Of a stretch of DNA of 64,000 bases, positions 26,301 through 39,648 are shown piece by piece. The stretch lies in NCBI GenBank assembly GCA_051362555.1, contig CM120649.1, positions 13,082,001 to 13,146,000 of the forward strand, in the 5' to 3' direction. The translations under genes and the position numbers were made by a program. Every line of letters starts with the position of its first letter. The first letter of the stretch is position 1. The DNA comes from Lingula anatina (Eukaryota > Animalia > Brachiopoda). A model generated the notes under the pieces. It was not told the DNA's origin. It was given only the letters and a program-made list of their open reading frames with translations, and made no database searches.

Positions 26301-26926
26301 CCTGGGGTTTGGTACTGTTTTCATAGTCTATTGACCAGAAGGAATGCAGAGTTTGTAACAGCTGAACAAGGGTGGGGCTATGGGGTACAGTAGACAAGGA
26401 AGTAACCGGATACCTTAATTCCTTTGAAAGATGAGAGGTTTATTCTGCTGTAAAAACTAATACAGTTAATATATGTCAGGAAACAGAGGAAAGGGTAACT
26501 TCAAATATTTTTCAACAGAAAAGAGAGACCTCAGAATAGTTTTGAAAAAAACTTATTCATTTTCAGCTCTTTAATCCAATGGCTGATTATCTAAGCCCCA
26601 AGTTTTGGTCACCACTGTCCACTCCAAATACATTTCCTTAATCTGCAACAACCAGATCAATTCCCTACCTCCAGAAAAACATGCTGATACTCAATCAGAA
26701 ATGGTCAAAACTTGCAATCTATGGCGCGTGCAGGGAAAGATAACTGTCTTAGCCAGTTAAATAGCCAATGTTTTTCTTGCCAAACTACCTTATAGCTGTA
26801 ACATGCCTAGTTAAGTTTTATACGTAATGACAAAACAAAAAGTTATGGTTATAAGTTATCATTATAATAAAGCAAATGGGTTTTCAAAAACATAAAGGGA
26901 AATTTTATCTATAATTTTATTTATAA

Positions 26927-27000
26927 TCTCTCTCTCTCTCTCTCTCTGTGTGTGTGCGTGTGTGTGTGTGTGTGTGTGAGTGTGTGTGTGTATGTGTGTG
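26927..27000. repeat. Compound (TC)n(TG)n microsatellite
   Basis: Read directly. Confidence 0.9.
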
Positions 27001-29385
27001 TTTTCAAGAGTTAGGTAAAAGGTGTCAGAAATCATCCACTTTAAATCCATGAATGCTAGGGACAATACGACCCCCTCAACCAACACACACATACACACGC
27101 CTCAAGTATATCAAAGATGTTTGCAAGCGTCAGCTCTGCTTCAATTCAGCATCAGTGACATTTCCCCCATCACATTTTCAAAATGCTGTCAATGCCCTTA
27201 ATGCAGGAGCTGTGTCATGCCTGTACTTCATAACATCAGGAAGATACCCATCTCGATTATCTCCAGAGACAGAGACACTGTGACTAATAGATAGAAAGTC
27301 CCCAGCATGATTAATAAATTCACAGATAATATCAAGAAGACACGAATGTGAACAATTATAAAGAGGAATCATTCCGATTATCATTCTCTTGTCTGGGAAT
27401 ATCTAGTCATACCCACCCTCTTAAGTAATACAAATTTAAATTCAATGTTAACACGGTCTCATTGTAAACTGTGCCAAAACCACAATACTCTGTAACTTTC
27501 TACGGGGTCGAGGACAGGTTTACTACCAATTCCTAAAGCTGAGGATAAAATGATACATCATTTCAGGTCTTGGGGAAATAATAACTATTGTTACGGTGAG
27601 AATTTTTCTTTTCAGTTTTGCCACAGTTCAAAACAAAACAAATTCCGTTAAATAGAAGTTTTAACTCCACCCAATAACAAAGCAAGTAGAAAAGTAATTT
27701 CAGCAGCAGCCTGTATCAATTATAGTACTTTTTTTTGGAAATACCCAACCAAATACTAGTAAACGGATCAGTTTCCTTTTATATTATTTTCTATGGGTGT
27801 AGCCCCGCCCAATGTACCACATAATAAAACAGCAATAAAAAATAGATCTATCCAAAAGAAATCCAATCTCACCAATTGAATTCCGATTTAAACACGACAC
27901 AACTAAATGAAGTTAATTTTAGGTGGCTGCAGTTAGGAATGGCTGCTCTCGCATGGTCCATCAATCTCTCAAAATAATCAATCAATCAATCAGTGGTTTT
28001 GCCATACAGATACAATGTCCAATTTAAGATTAATCCACCATCTTTTTAAAAAATCACTCACCCTCAAAATATCAATTACTTCTATCTCTCCCTCGATCTC
28101 CATTTTATTTTCCAACCAAGAGAATTGTCAGCTATTCGGGCAGCAGCAGTTACAACCTTTTACAGCATTAACACATATTGGCCATCTTCTTACACCCTGT
28201 GTTACCCAGTGATATACAGTGCCCACATTGAGCACACTATAAGTTATCTAACACAGCACACACAGGGCCATCCAGCTGTGACAATGGCAAGGTTCAAAAA
28301 CCCTGAATTTTGTAATTTTGAAGAATCTACATGTGTATGTTCAACGTAACAACTTAAGACAAGTCCCTATTTTAACATCAGCTTCTTAGGGTGCACCAGC
28401 TGTGCTACAGAAAGCTGTCTTCACACCCTGTGTCCAAGCTTGACCATATGATTAATTTGACGTGAACTGACCGGTGGATATTCAGGGTACACAAGCTGTG
28501 CTTTGGGTGTATCCCTCTGTCTATGTATAACATGGTTATTAATAACTGACTTGACAATGCACATTCCCTGGAAAACTGTCCAACCTTTCATGCTCCATCT
28601 TTAACATCTGACTTACTAATAGCCCAATCAAAAAAAAAAACTGAGAGCTTCCTTTCTTTTGATTTACCTGTAACTTCTACTAGCATCTAAATGACATAGC
28701 TTTTTCTTTACTGCTTGTAACTGGTAGATAAATCTTCATTTGCATTTTTTTTTCTTTTCCTATTTTTTCCCCTTTTTTTTTTAATTGAGCTCATTTAACA
28801 CTTATTTCAATAAAAGGTATAAAAGGATAATGTAATAACCATGAACTTGAACTGGCTTGAAGGTCAACATCAAGGTCAGTGAGGTCAACATCAAGGTCAG
28901 TGACCTGCATCACTGCCAGTCTTTTGCTTGGAACCCCCAAACAGAAAATGACATTCACTCCTGCCAAGTAGCTCTGGGCTAATACTCTATCTATGCAGTT
29001 TAAAAGTTGTTTCTAAAAACAAAATGGTACGATCAAGTAGTGGAAACTGTATACTCAATTTAGACCAAATTTACCCATTCATATTCTAAAAAAAACAGTG
29101 CAATCATCTAGATTCATTAGCTGACAAATCCAGTCTCTAAATGCTTCACACACGCTATTTCAGAACATTTACACCTTATAAGTTGTACAGATACCAAGTG
29201 TGTATATAATAGATATTTTAAAAATATCTATCATATACACACTATCTCAGATTTTTGGCAATTGGTGATAAATCTGCCCAAAATCATCCATCACATTCGC
29301 TCCTAAGAAATTTGGCAATTTTTTACTTCAATCACCTTTTACCTCCAATAACAAACCACAGTAAAATGAAACAAGGATATTTTAC

Positions 29386-29481
29386 CTTGTAGTCGGGTCG
29401 TATGACCAGCTGACCCACTTTGGCCTCATCTTTCTCGGGTATCCTCCAGATCGCCTTCAGGACGATCCTGTTCCTAGCCAT
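29386..29481 (-). CDS. STK24/STK25/STK26: Alternative first coding exon of the kinase (MARNRIVLKAIWRIPEKDEAKVGQLVIRPDYK)
   Basis: GC-rich island in an AT-rich intron, 32 open codons from ATG to an AAG|GTAAAA phase-0 donor. Confidence 0.6.
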
Positions 29482-32400
29482 ACAACGCACACATAACATT
29501 GAGATAAGGGGCCGAAGTTCTCACATACATGTACGCACCAGTTTTCTATGCTCTTCAGCCTTCTCAGAAATAAAATAGTTTACCCCTTTAATTCCATTTT
29601 AATGATTAAATCAATACATGTTAGTTGGCATGGTTTTTGAAATGCTGTAGAAGACTTTCAGAAGCAGTTTTCCTGGTATCCGTGTTTCCTCGTCTCTGAT
29701 TCATTGTGACATTGCTTTTGAAAAAATAAGTTCTTCAAACAATATTACTTCGGCATTGCATATTTTCTGTAACCCTATGATGTTAACCAGGCAATTTGCT
29801 CTTTATCTATGCTGTGCACTGTTACGAAAAGATTCACCTTCCAACGTATTTCAGGAATAGTCCATCAATGGTTTCCCATCCTGAGAAAAAAGATTCTACT
29901 GAACTATTCAGAGAAGCCGAGTAAATGCATGTTAAATATCAGAGACATTTTACGGATTTAAAAAGTAAATGCCAGACAAAGACTCACTTTGCGGACTTCC
30001 ACATGTTTTTACATACAATCCAGAGATAATTTCACGACCACTAAAATTCGTAACTGTGGACAATTCTACAGTGTCCAAGTACAGTAAGCATATTCCAGTG
30101 TGTTTTTAAAAAGTCACTGAAAATGCCATTTACTTGTTGTACAATAGCGGCTAGACTTCAACATGAAAATACAGTAAACCTCCAAGCAGATGTTGCCATT
30201 GTAGATCCACTGAATGGGTCATCTATATGGTAATATCAGAGGAAAAGGATGGCTGTTCAGGTACAAACACGTGCCGCCACTGGTCATTCAATTAGGAAAA
30301 AAAAAGGCCTTCACAATGTTCAGCTTTGATTGAATTAGCATAATAGCATCCATCTTTCCCCCATCTGGATAAAACTGTCAATGCCATTAATCATCTATCA
30401 ACGGCATTACCAATCCATAACAGTAGCATTAATACTCCTGTCATACAAGAAAGCTGCCAGATGGAGTGTTGTTAAGATTAAAAGACAGCGTCAAAAAATG
30501 TTGTTAATCCTCTGCCTCAATTGTAACTGGAGGAAGTCTTCAGACATACGGCGATCACCGTTTGTCAGTTCTAAAGCATGGGAAAAGTCACACTTCTCCT
30601 CTGTGTGTACATCCAGAAGTTATATTACTGTTATATTACACACTGACTTACATTATAAATCATTAATGATGCTGAAGAGCTTCCAACTAATTGGGTAACC
30701 TTGGGTGAAGTACCCACATCATGAGAAGTGACATAATAACATCAAAAGCACTGACAGCACAACCGGATCATTTGGAGTTCAACTCTGCTGGTTGGGCGAA
30801 TCGCTGACACAAAATTACCAGCATCTCTTGGTAAAACTTCGTTTTTGATAAATAAACCAATCCATCGAAATCTGGCACTTCTGTTCCTTGTTATATGTTT
30901 GAATTAATCTCCATCGTTCACTCCAAGGCTGTTCTGTCTATAAATACATTTTTGTGTCACCTGGTTTTTGTCTACGCGCAAATGTATTGATTCAGCAAAA
31001 CCTTTCTCTGATTTCTAGGAAACCTCACGGCACTGCTGCTTTATCGGTACTGTAATGAAACAGCATCTCCTGACATGTCCCAATTATAACCATTCTGCTT
31101 TAAGGGGCAAATTAAACAAGTAATGAAAACCTTTCCGTAACATCTGCCAGATAAAAATATAGGACAGTCCTTGTTATGCCATGTAACATTTTTTTTTTTT
31201 TGGCTGATGAGTCAACTCTCTCTGCTTTTTTGTGCAAACAATTTGCATGCAGGCCTTTATGTTACAAACAACTCACTTTCACTCATACTATATTCCTAAA
31301 CTGTTCACCAACTTGCAGGGGAATAACTTTAAATCCTGAAGTTTCACAAAACTACCACAATTATGGCTAATTATGACACTAAATTTTCACAAGATTACCA
31401 CAATTATGGCTAATTATGATACTTTTCTAATTACACATTATGGGCTCTCAGCATATGGGCTCTTTATTCTATAGGAAGGCAGTGCACGATCTCTTGGATA
31501 TTTGAATATATATACTAGTATGGTTTGAGTCACATTTCCCTGAACAGACAACAGCACTTGACAAGTTGATCATATACAGTTTGCATTATTTATGTATAAT
31601 GATTTAATAAAACTGCTATCATTCATGATTAAAAAAAATTCTTTACAAATAAAATGTACCATTCCTATCTTGTGAAAGATTACTTTAACCATGAGGATTT
31701 GCAGATAATTTCCCTTAGCTAAAAGAATTTGACTGAGCATGCAAAAAGGTTCTGTATTTCCAGACACTAAATAAATAAATATTGCAAATATGCCTTCTTT
31801 TAATTTGCCCCTCAGAGATTTGTGTAACATCAGTGTTTACAAAAAGTCTTTAATAACAACATTTTCCAACAACATAAATATGAAGTATATTTAGGAAGCA
31901 TTTTCCAGTTAAAATATGTCAGTAAGATACTGGTGTGGTCACCTTTCATTGTGCTAGTTGAGACAGTTGAAGCAATTGAAGTCATGTTGTGAGTCACAAC
32001 CAATCAGCCACCAGTCACAATGCATTTTATGAAAGGCATGGGAGCTTGGATATCCAAAATAAAAGCAATAATAATAATAATAATAATAATAATAATTCCT
32101 TTGTCAAGGTAGCTAAGTTGTTAATGTCCGTTGTATAAGCAACACACTGGAATACTTTGTCAGACTACAACTTCTAGTCCTTGGCTTACAGTCCACTACA
32201 ACCCGTCCAGTATGTCCAGTCCCTGACTAACAGTCCACTCTGTCCACCCAAGTGTTTGTTCTATACAATTGTGTCCAGCCATGCATCTGGTATATGACTA
32301 TTGTCCACTCCAGAATAGATGTCCTTGTTCAGTAGTATCCCTGCAATGGCTATGTCAACACTATGGGCCTCTGGGTCAATACCGGACCATTGTTAAAAGT

Positions 32401-34054
32401 ATGGGCATTGGGGCCGGGAGGGGGGGGGGGACTACAATTAGGGTTATTATTTACTAGATTCTACCAGAACTAGGTCATTATTGGTATAATTCTCAAGTCA
32501 ATTTTTACTAAAATGACTAAAAAAAAGATTTATATGATCTGAAAAAGTAAATGGGATTTTAGCCAAAAGATGGTTCAGAAAGTTAGAAATAAGTTGTTGC
32601 GGTGCCCAATCACGTCAAAGCACAATAACGGTATATATTTTTAAAAATCTGTAGACTAAGGTCAGTCATATTATATCAAGCCATATTTTCAGCTCGGTTA
32701 ACAGACTCTGACACAAGATCATATCATTATAGTATGACAATTACCATTATGGTAAATAATTATCAATTCCATCAAAATTTCAATTCACTAGACCTCATTT
32801 TCTTGGAACACTTGTTTTTTATCCTTATCCTACCCTCCTCCTCTTTCAATCTTGATAAAAAAAGGAAATTGGCTTTTTCGTTACTTCAATTTCCAGCAGC
32901 CAATTGAACCATCTAGTCATTACTAACCACTCAATATATTAATCGAGAAACCATTCTCTTCTTTGGCTGCCGCAATTTGAATGAATGCTACTTCAATGGG
33001 CTCACAGAGGATTAAAAGGAAGAATCGTATTTTGGAGTCATTTCCACTGTGATTGATACAAAAATAACCGACCGTGACTAGAAAGCCTAGAATTGATCCA
33101 TGGATATTTTATCAAATTGAAATAGATTCGGTGACTGATGCATATGGTAGGATTGCCTGGGTTATCATCTTTTTACTTCCTCATATTTTATTTGGATCGT
33201 CTGATGATATGTTGTTTTCATTATATATTAAGCAGCACTGAAATATATAATTTAATAAAGAGAAATGAAAACAAAAATCAACCAACAATCTCATTCACAC
33301 ATAATTGAAACAGACCCTAATAGTGACATCAAACATGCTACATAGGCTGAAACAGTATAAAAGTGAAATAAATACTGGAAAGAAGTTCCTCTTTCATTCT
33401 ATCTGTATCATTTTTTTTTCTTTTTAAAATTACAAGTACTCACTTTTGATGTGGCCAGTCAATGTAGAGGATAAAAGAGTGACTGTATAAAAGTTCTCAG
33501 CATAAGTTGAACCCCCCCCCAAACAGACCCATTTAGCAGAGTATCTCCAAATACAACAGATACCTGTATGAATTCATTAAAAAAAAAAAAAAAATCACCC
33601 CAACTGCCACAGTCTGTTCTTGTCACAAAGACAAGTTTGTTCAGTAATAAGATGACATCAGGCGATAAGAAAAAAGGTTCCATGTCAAGTACCCTTCTCC
33701 AAAACTTGTCTGGCTGATAGTAATTTTCGATTCAAATTCTTTAAAGCATAGTGTGATATCTTGATCTGTCATTCCCAGTAGAATAGCCAATGTGCTATTA
33801 CCAAAACGAAAATTGGGTTGTGTGATTCTAATTGATAAATCTTTTCATGTTGAAAAACATTCTATTTTTTCTACTGCTACTGTCAAGCCTAATAAAAAAG
33901 CTAAGTACTCATCATACTCAGTACAATGAACCACTAAAACAGTAATTATAACCAGTACATTTTAAATACCCCTCTGATTACAAATTTCCTTTACAGTGTT
34001 TAGTCATTCCAACTTGGAGCTCAAACAATAATCTACACTGAAAATCATCTATAA

Positions 34055-34268
34055 GGGCGCATTCCCATAGATTTTAGATCGATCTATACCCGTGGGGAGT
34101 CTCACTAGATTACTGTCAGATAATCCGGCTTAAATGTCCATCCTGCCTACTACAAGCTGTAAGAGGGTAATTAACTTTCGTGCCCGCTCGGCTGACAGCT
34201 ATTTAGTGTGAACCCCCAGGGAGTTAGGTCGATCTAGGTGGATCGATCTAATCTCTGGGAATGGGGTC
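34055..34268 (+). mobile_element. PIF/Harbinger-type (Tourist-like) MITE, copy 1
   Basis: ~214 bp with imperfect TIRs (CATTCCCA...TGGGAATG), TAA/TCA flanks; homologous to 48262 and 57024. Confidence 0.75.
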
Positions 34269-37200
34269 TCAGTCACTAACAGTCACTGGATAAGCAGAAA
34301 ACAAGTTTATTTTTTACATTTTTAAGTATAGTACTTCCAAAAGCAAAATATTTCAAATAATGCCAACAGCTGTGGTAATGAAAATGAATCCTGGACCTGT
34401 GTAAATTTTGATGATCTCTAAAGGAAAGGAGAAGGAGGGGAGGGGGAAAGGACGGACATTTTAAAACACAACTCTCAGACAAGATAAGACCCATGGTCCT
34501 TTCAAGGGGGGGGGGGGGGAGGGGTAGGTGGAGACGAACATTTTCATAGACAACTGTCTATCAAGAGAAAATCCATGGCCCTTTATACTGACAATAGTGA
34601 ACCACACCCAAACAACTGCCCTCAGGTTCTAAACATGATACAGTATGCTGTGACACAAACCTATGTCACCCAGTACACAAACTGTGAGTCACAACTGTAT
34701 ATACTGGAGTATCAGACTCCACCATATAAAAAATGTCTTATCTAGTACTGGGTTAATTAAAACAGCATTCAGAATTATCCAAGGGGAGGAAATGCATGAT
34801 TGTGTGATATGTATTATGATTACTAGTAGGGAAATCAACCTTATTCCTCAATAACCCCCCCCCCCCCCCCACACACACACACACACACACACACCATCCA
34901 AATTCTTAACTTGATTTGCTGACTGCTAAACCTAAGGACAACAAAGCAAGTGCAAACAAAACCCTATACTTCCTACAGTAAGTCTTAAAACAGTTTCAGT
35001 TAAAACTGTGGTGAACACAGCTATTTTATCAAACCAGATCAGTTAATCGTGATGTATAAGATATGGTATTGATACACTGGGTGTTAGCTGCTGTGTAGTA
35101 TATCTTATCACCATGGTCTACCCTCTCAACAGGCCAAAGTGTTATTTAACTTCTGGGTCTGACGCTACAATTCTGTGTCACGTGCATACACCACTTAAAT
35201 CGGGAGAAATAAATTATATAGTGCTTCAATATGTTATTAGAATTTGGTAGCGCATGAGCATGTATAGATTTTGTCATGGGTTCAAAAAATCTCTAACACA
35301 CACACACACACACACTCACACACACACATTTACACGTTTTCCCATACAGATGCGTACATGCACATGCACACATGCAATTAGCAAGGTTATTTAGAAATAA
35401 TGCAGCAAAATGACAAAAAAATACATAAATGAGACCAAGTTTGGGATAAAATTTGATGTGATGTGAAATGCTGCATGAATGACAGATTCTATTCATGGAC
35501 CTACCATGATATGATCATCTGATATGTTAACTTTTTAGGAGCTTCTTTCCACCACCAGTCATACAAAATAACATTTCCAATGATAAAAGTGAGTAACTTC
35601 AGAGCTGATGATTACAAGATAACAAAGACAAAAGCAGGGTCCAGTTAATGACAAGCGACTAAAAGTTTAGGTTATCATGCCCTGTTTAACACAGACGAAC
35701 TTCTAAGTTGGTGGGTTGAGTGTTGGGGTGCATTCCCATAAACACATATGGTTCACATAAACCCATCATACTAGCTGGACCAATCTAACTCTGCAGGGAT
35801 TCTCAATGTATTGCATTCACTGCCAGCTGCTTTTTTTATATATAAAGTAAGAACCCATTTTGGAATTGGGTTCTTTTATGAAACTGAACTCAATTCTTTC
35901 ACTAAATATTTATTTGAAATATTAAAACATATTTGCCCTACAGTGGAAATATATGGAATAGATGCCATACTTGCCTTTGAAGGAACCAAACTTTCTTTGA
36001 GAGTACAAGCAGAGCAAGAAAAGTGCTCAGATGCAAGAGATTTAAAACAAAACTGACAATCAGCTTGTCTTGAATTTTAGTGACACCCTCAGGTCTACAC
36101 TGAAACCGGTGAATCATTTTAATGCCAGGTTTATTATTACTTAATCAGATGGGTGGAGCTCACTTCTTTACACAATTTGTTTACTTTTAAATGTGTCTAG
36201 AAAAAGGATTTCTCAGATCAATTCCCATATATAAAGGGGAAAAAAACAGATGACAATGAAGGTCCTCAATTCCACATCAATTTCTGTAGATCCATAAAAA
36301 ATGAAATAACTTTTCATTATAATGTATAAAATTAAATATGTGTTAGGCAATTCTTTTCAATCTTAAAATGCACAGTGCATTAGTATCTTTGCTTCATAAA
36401 CCTCCACTGACTAATTCCAGATTGAAGCAGGCTAAATTTTTATTAGCAGGCTAATTTTTTTTTTTTTTTTTTTTTGGTTTTCAAATTTGAGGCCGACTAT
36501 GAACCTCAATATTTCAATGTGACTGGGTCCATTCAGGCTTTTCAAATGGTACTTTAAATCACGGCAGTACTTTCCAGTCTACCACTTCATTGATCTGGGC
36601 ATGAAAAATGAACCAGGCTCTTCACGTTAAAGCAATCAAGTGGAGAGATGCACTGGCTAGAAGGCAAGTGGAGGATAATGTTTTTGCAAGACTGTCTCTT
36701 GGTGATTGGAAAAATATGTGGTGTTTTCCTCAAATTAAGCAGTAAAATCCCTAAAGACTGCCTCTGTATGATCATATGCCTGATGTCTTTAATGGTTTGG
36801 GGGGGGGGGGGAGGTGGGAGCAGTGTTGGGGGGGTTAAGAGGAAGGAGGGAGAGAGGAAATTTTCCAGCAATGTCATACCACTTGCTTAGTTCTATACCT
36901 TACATTCCATCTTAAAATCTAATCTTCTGGGGGTTTGTTTGCAGCATGCCTCAGTGGAACAATTAGCCATGTGGTGGAGTAAAAAATAAGTTTCCTTTTA
37001 TTGTATCACCTTTTTGTCGAGTCATCATTCATTCAGACTCTTCAAAAACCACTGTACACCTTTCCTAAGACTTTGAGCAAGCTTCAACACTTGAAACCTT
37101 ACATATACTCAGCGGCACCTCATAAAGTAATATGCCCCGCCCATGTATTATTGAACAGTGAGCTACTCCGCCTATAAATCAAACACTGGAGCTCCAAATA

Positions 37201-39427
37201 TACCACATAACATTAGGTCATCCAGGTGAGCACACAAAAAAATCCACAGCTAGGGCAATACTTGGAAGAGGCTATGCCCTGGTCCTGGATAAACAAAAGG
37301 AGTGCATGAAAATGAACAGATCTTTTTTTTTTAATTGATGGTTTCTAAACTTCAGTGGACCACAACAGATGTCCTCGGAATAAAAGTATAGCCTGCAACT
37401 GCCAAGTATGAAACTAAGATCTATTATTAACTTTTCTGCTGAAAACAGACATTAAATTTACCACTCTGCAAATTCTGTGTAATATAATACTAATATATGT
37501 CTGTATAACATGAAAGAGAGAGGGAGAGAGAGAGGAAGTACCCAATCCCCATTACCCTGATGATAAAAAAAATTTTTAAAGCTGTAGAGTTCCACAATAA
37601 GGAGCCAACTCCAAACCTCACTGAGCCTAAACCCTCCCAACACATTACAATAATTGTTTTCAACAATTTCAATTCATCTGGAAAAACTAAGGGTAAAACA
37701 TTCCAAACACCTTCCCCCTGGTAACAAAAACAGACAGTCTGATCCATAAGTGATGCCCTAGAAACTATAATAAGATCCACCCAGTGGAATATCAACAACG
37801 CAGAGAAAAAGGTACACAAGCACCTTTCTCACCTGTCGGCCATACCTGCTGTGATAACTAAAGACACAAGACTCAGGGCATTAATTTTTACAAGGGGGCT
37901 TACAGTTTAGGGAAAATTAAATATTGACTCTGCAAACAACACCATGGTGAATTCCCACTTTCTTGTTATCTGTGCTTAGAGTGGAAATCTCGTGGATTTG
38001 GTTACAATTTGATAAAAAAGTGTCAAACTTTGCGCTACTGCAGGGCTGTTAACCTGGTGAAGATGCTATGTTACAGTGTGAGGTATGAGGCGACAAAGCT
38101 TTAACACTGGAGCTGTGTGTGTCACAGTGAATAATGATACTGGGGACATGTAGGGTATCTGGATACAAACAGTGACAGCGATAGCTATAATAAGGAGGTT
38201 TTGCAAAGATGATGTACAAGCACTAGTATGAGAATGCAGTACCACACTTAATACTTTGTAGGGCCGTTTCACTTAACTTAAAGGAATATGGATACTAAAC
38301 TTTAAAAGCACTAACATGTCATTTGGCATAGGTGAAAAAAGTCATCAGTTAACAACAGTTTTTGTTTCAAATGGTTATTATTCCAAAATTGCCTTTGACC
38401 ACCAAGGATTTGTTACATAAAATATTTGACAGTTGCCAAAACTGGGGAAAAAAAACCTACACTTTTACTCTTTTAGCACTGTTCTTAATCTTTAATATGA
38501 ACCCCTCAATTTGATGTGCCATTCTTCTTCTTTTTTTCTTTTTGTCAATTTTAGAAAGATTATATCAGCCACAAACTTCAACATATTGAGTTCTGACATG
38601 TCAGATTACAAATCTTTCATGTGATGCTCAGGTTTATAAATCATAAACACATGGTCTTCTAAGATGGAAGTTAAATCCCCTGTCTGTTGAGCTAGGGCGA
38701 ACTAAGTTGAGCCACAATGACAAGACTGGAAATGCAGCCTCAGTACCTACCACAAGCTGGTATCATCAGTCTGGGTCCATTGCCCCCAAACTAGTTCACT
38801 CCCCCAACCAATAATACATACGGTAATTACTCATAAATTTCAAACACCTTAGAAATTCCAATATTTCATCATTGTCAGCGAAGTTTATAATTTTTGGAAA
38901 ACAAAATTAATCTCAAAACTGACATTTCAACTATTTTTAAGAACTCCAATTTCATCTTTTTCTGTTTGTTTTGGGAAATATTCTTCAGCCATTATGTATC
39001 ATGGATTTCACAAGTCACCACCGTACTAGTACACACCCCTATACTACAAGTCCATCCACCCATGCAAAACTGCATTTTATTGAAGACAGTGTCACCTTTG
39101 AAATGTATAATTTTCTGTTCAATCTCTATAGCCAGGCAGAGATTCATCATTAAGTTTCCTGATCCATGAAAAGCTGTCTTTAAAGCCCCTATCATACTGT
39201 TCAAAATTGCTCTGACCCTTGGAGTAAATAATAAATTGCAGTTCAACAGAGAGATGCACCAACAAGTTCTCTGCATCAGCGTTCCATAAAGAATTGGGTT
39301 TACAAACCACAGTGTAGGTCCACAAAGATATAATATAATATAAAACTTGCTGGCTAGCTATATGCTGGTGATAAGATGGGTTTCTTTAAATGAGCTGTCA
39401 CCTGTGAAGACCAAGAATTAGCAGTAG

Positions 39428-39648
39428 CAGGCCTACCCAACTACCAGACTCGGCACCGAATGATCCTGAATTCACCGGTAGATCAGACCACACTACCTGT
39501 TTTCAAGATGTGTGTCAGATCGCATTACACAGTATCATACCCTGAACAAATTTTGAGTGGTGATGCAATGCTTTTCAACCCCGCTGAAAATCGTCACTAT
39601 CACAACGCCTACTAGGCAAGAGTGGTGTCTGGTAGTTGGGTAGGCCTG
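39428..39648. mobile_element. hAT-like MITE with 22-bp perfect TIRs
   Basis: CAGGCCTACCCAACTACCAGAC...GTCTGGTAGTTGGGTAGGCCTG; AGTAG on both flanks. Confidence 0.75.

Noticed and set aside
36899-36910. Tiny ATG exon MECK with an AAG|GTATAG donor
   Set aside because: Weak donor, four codons and no promoter signal; expected by chance.
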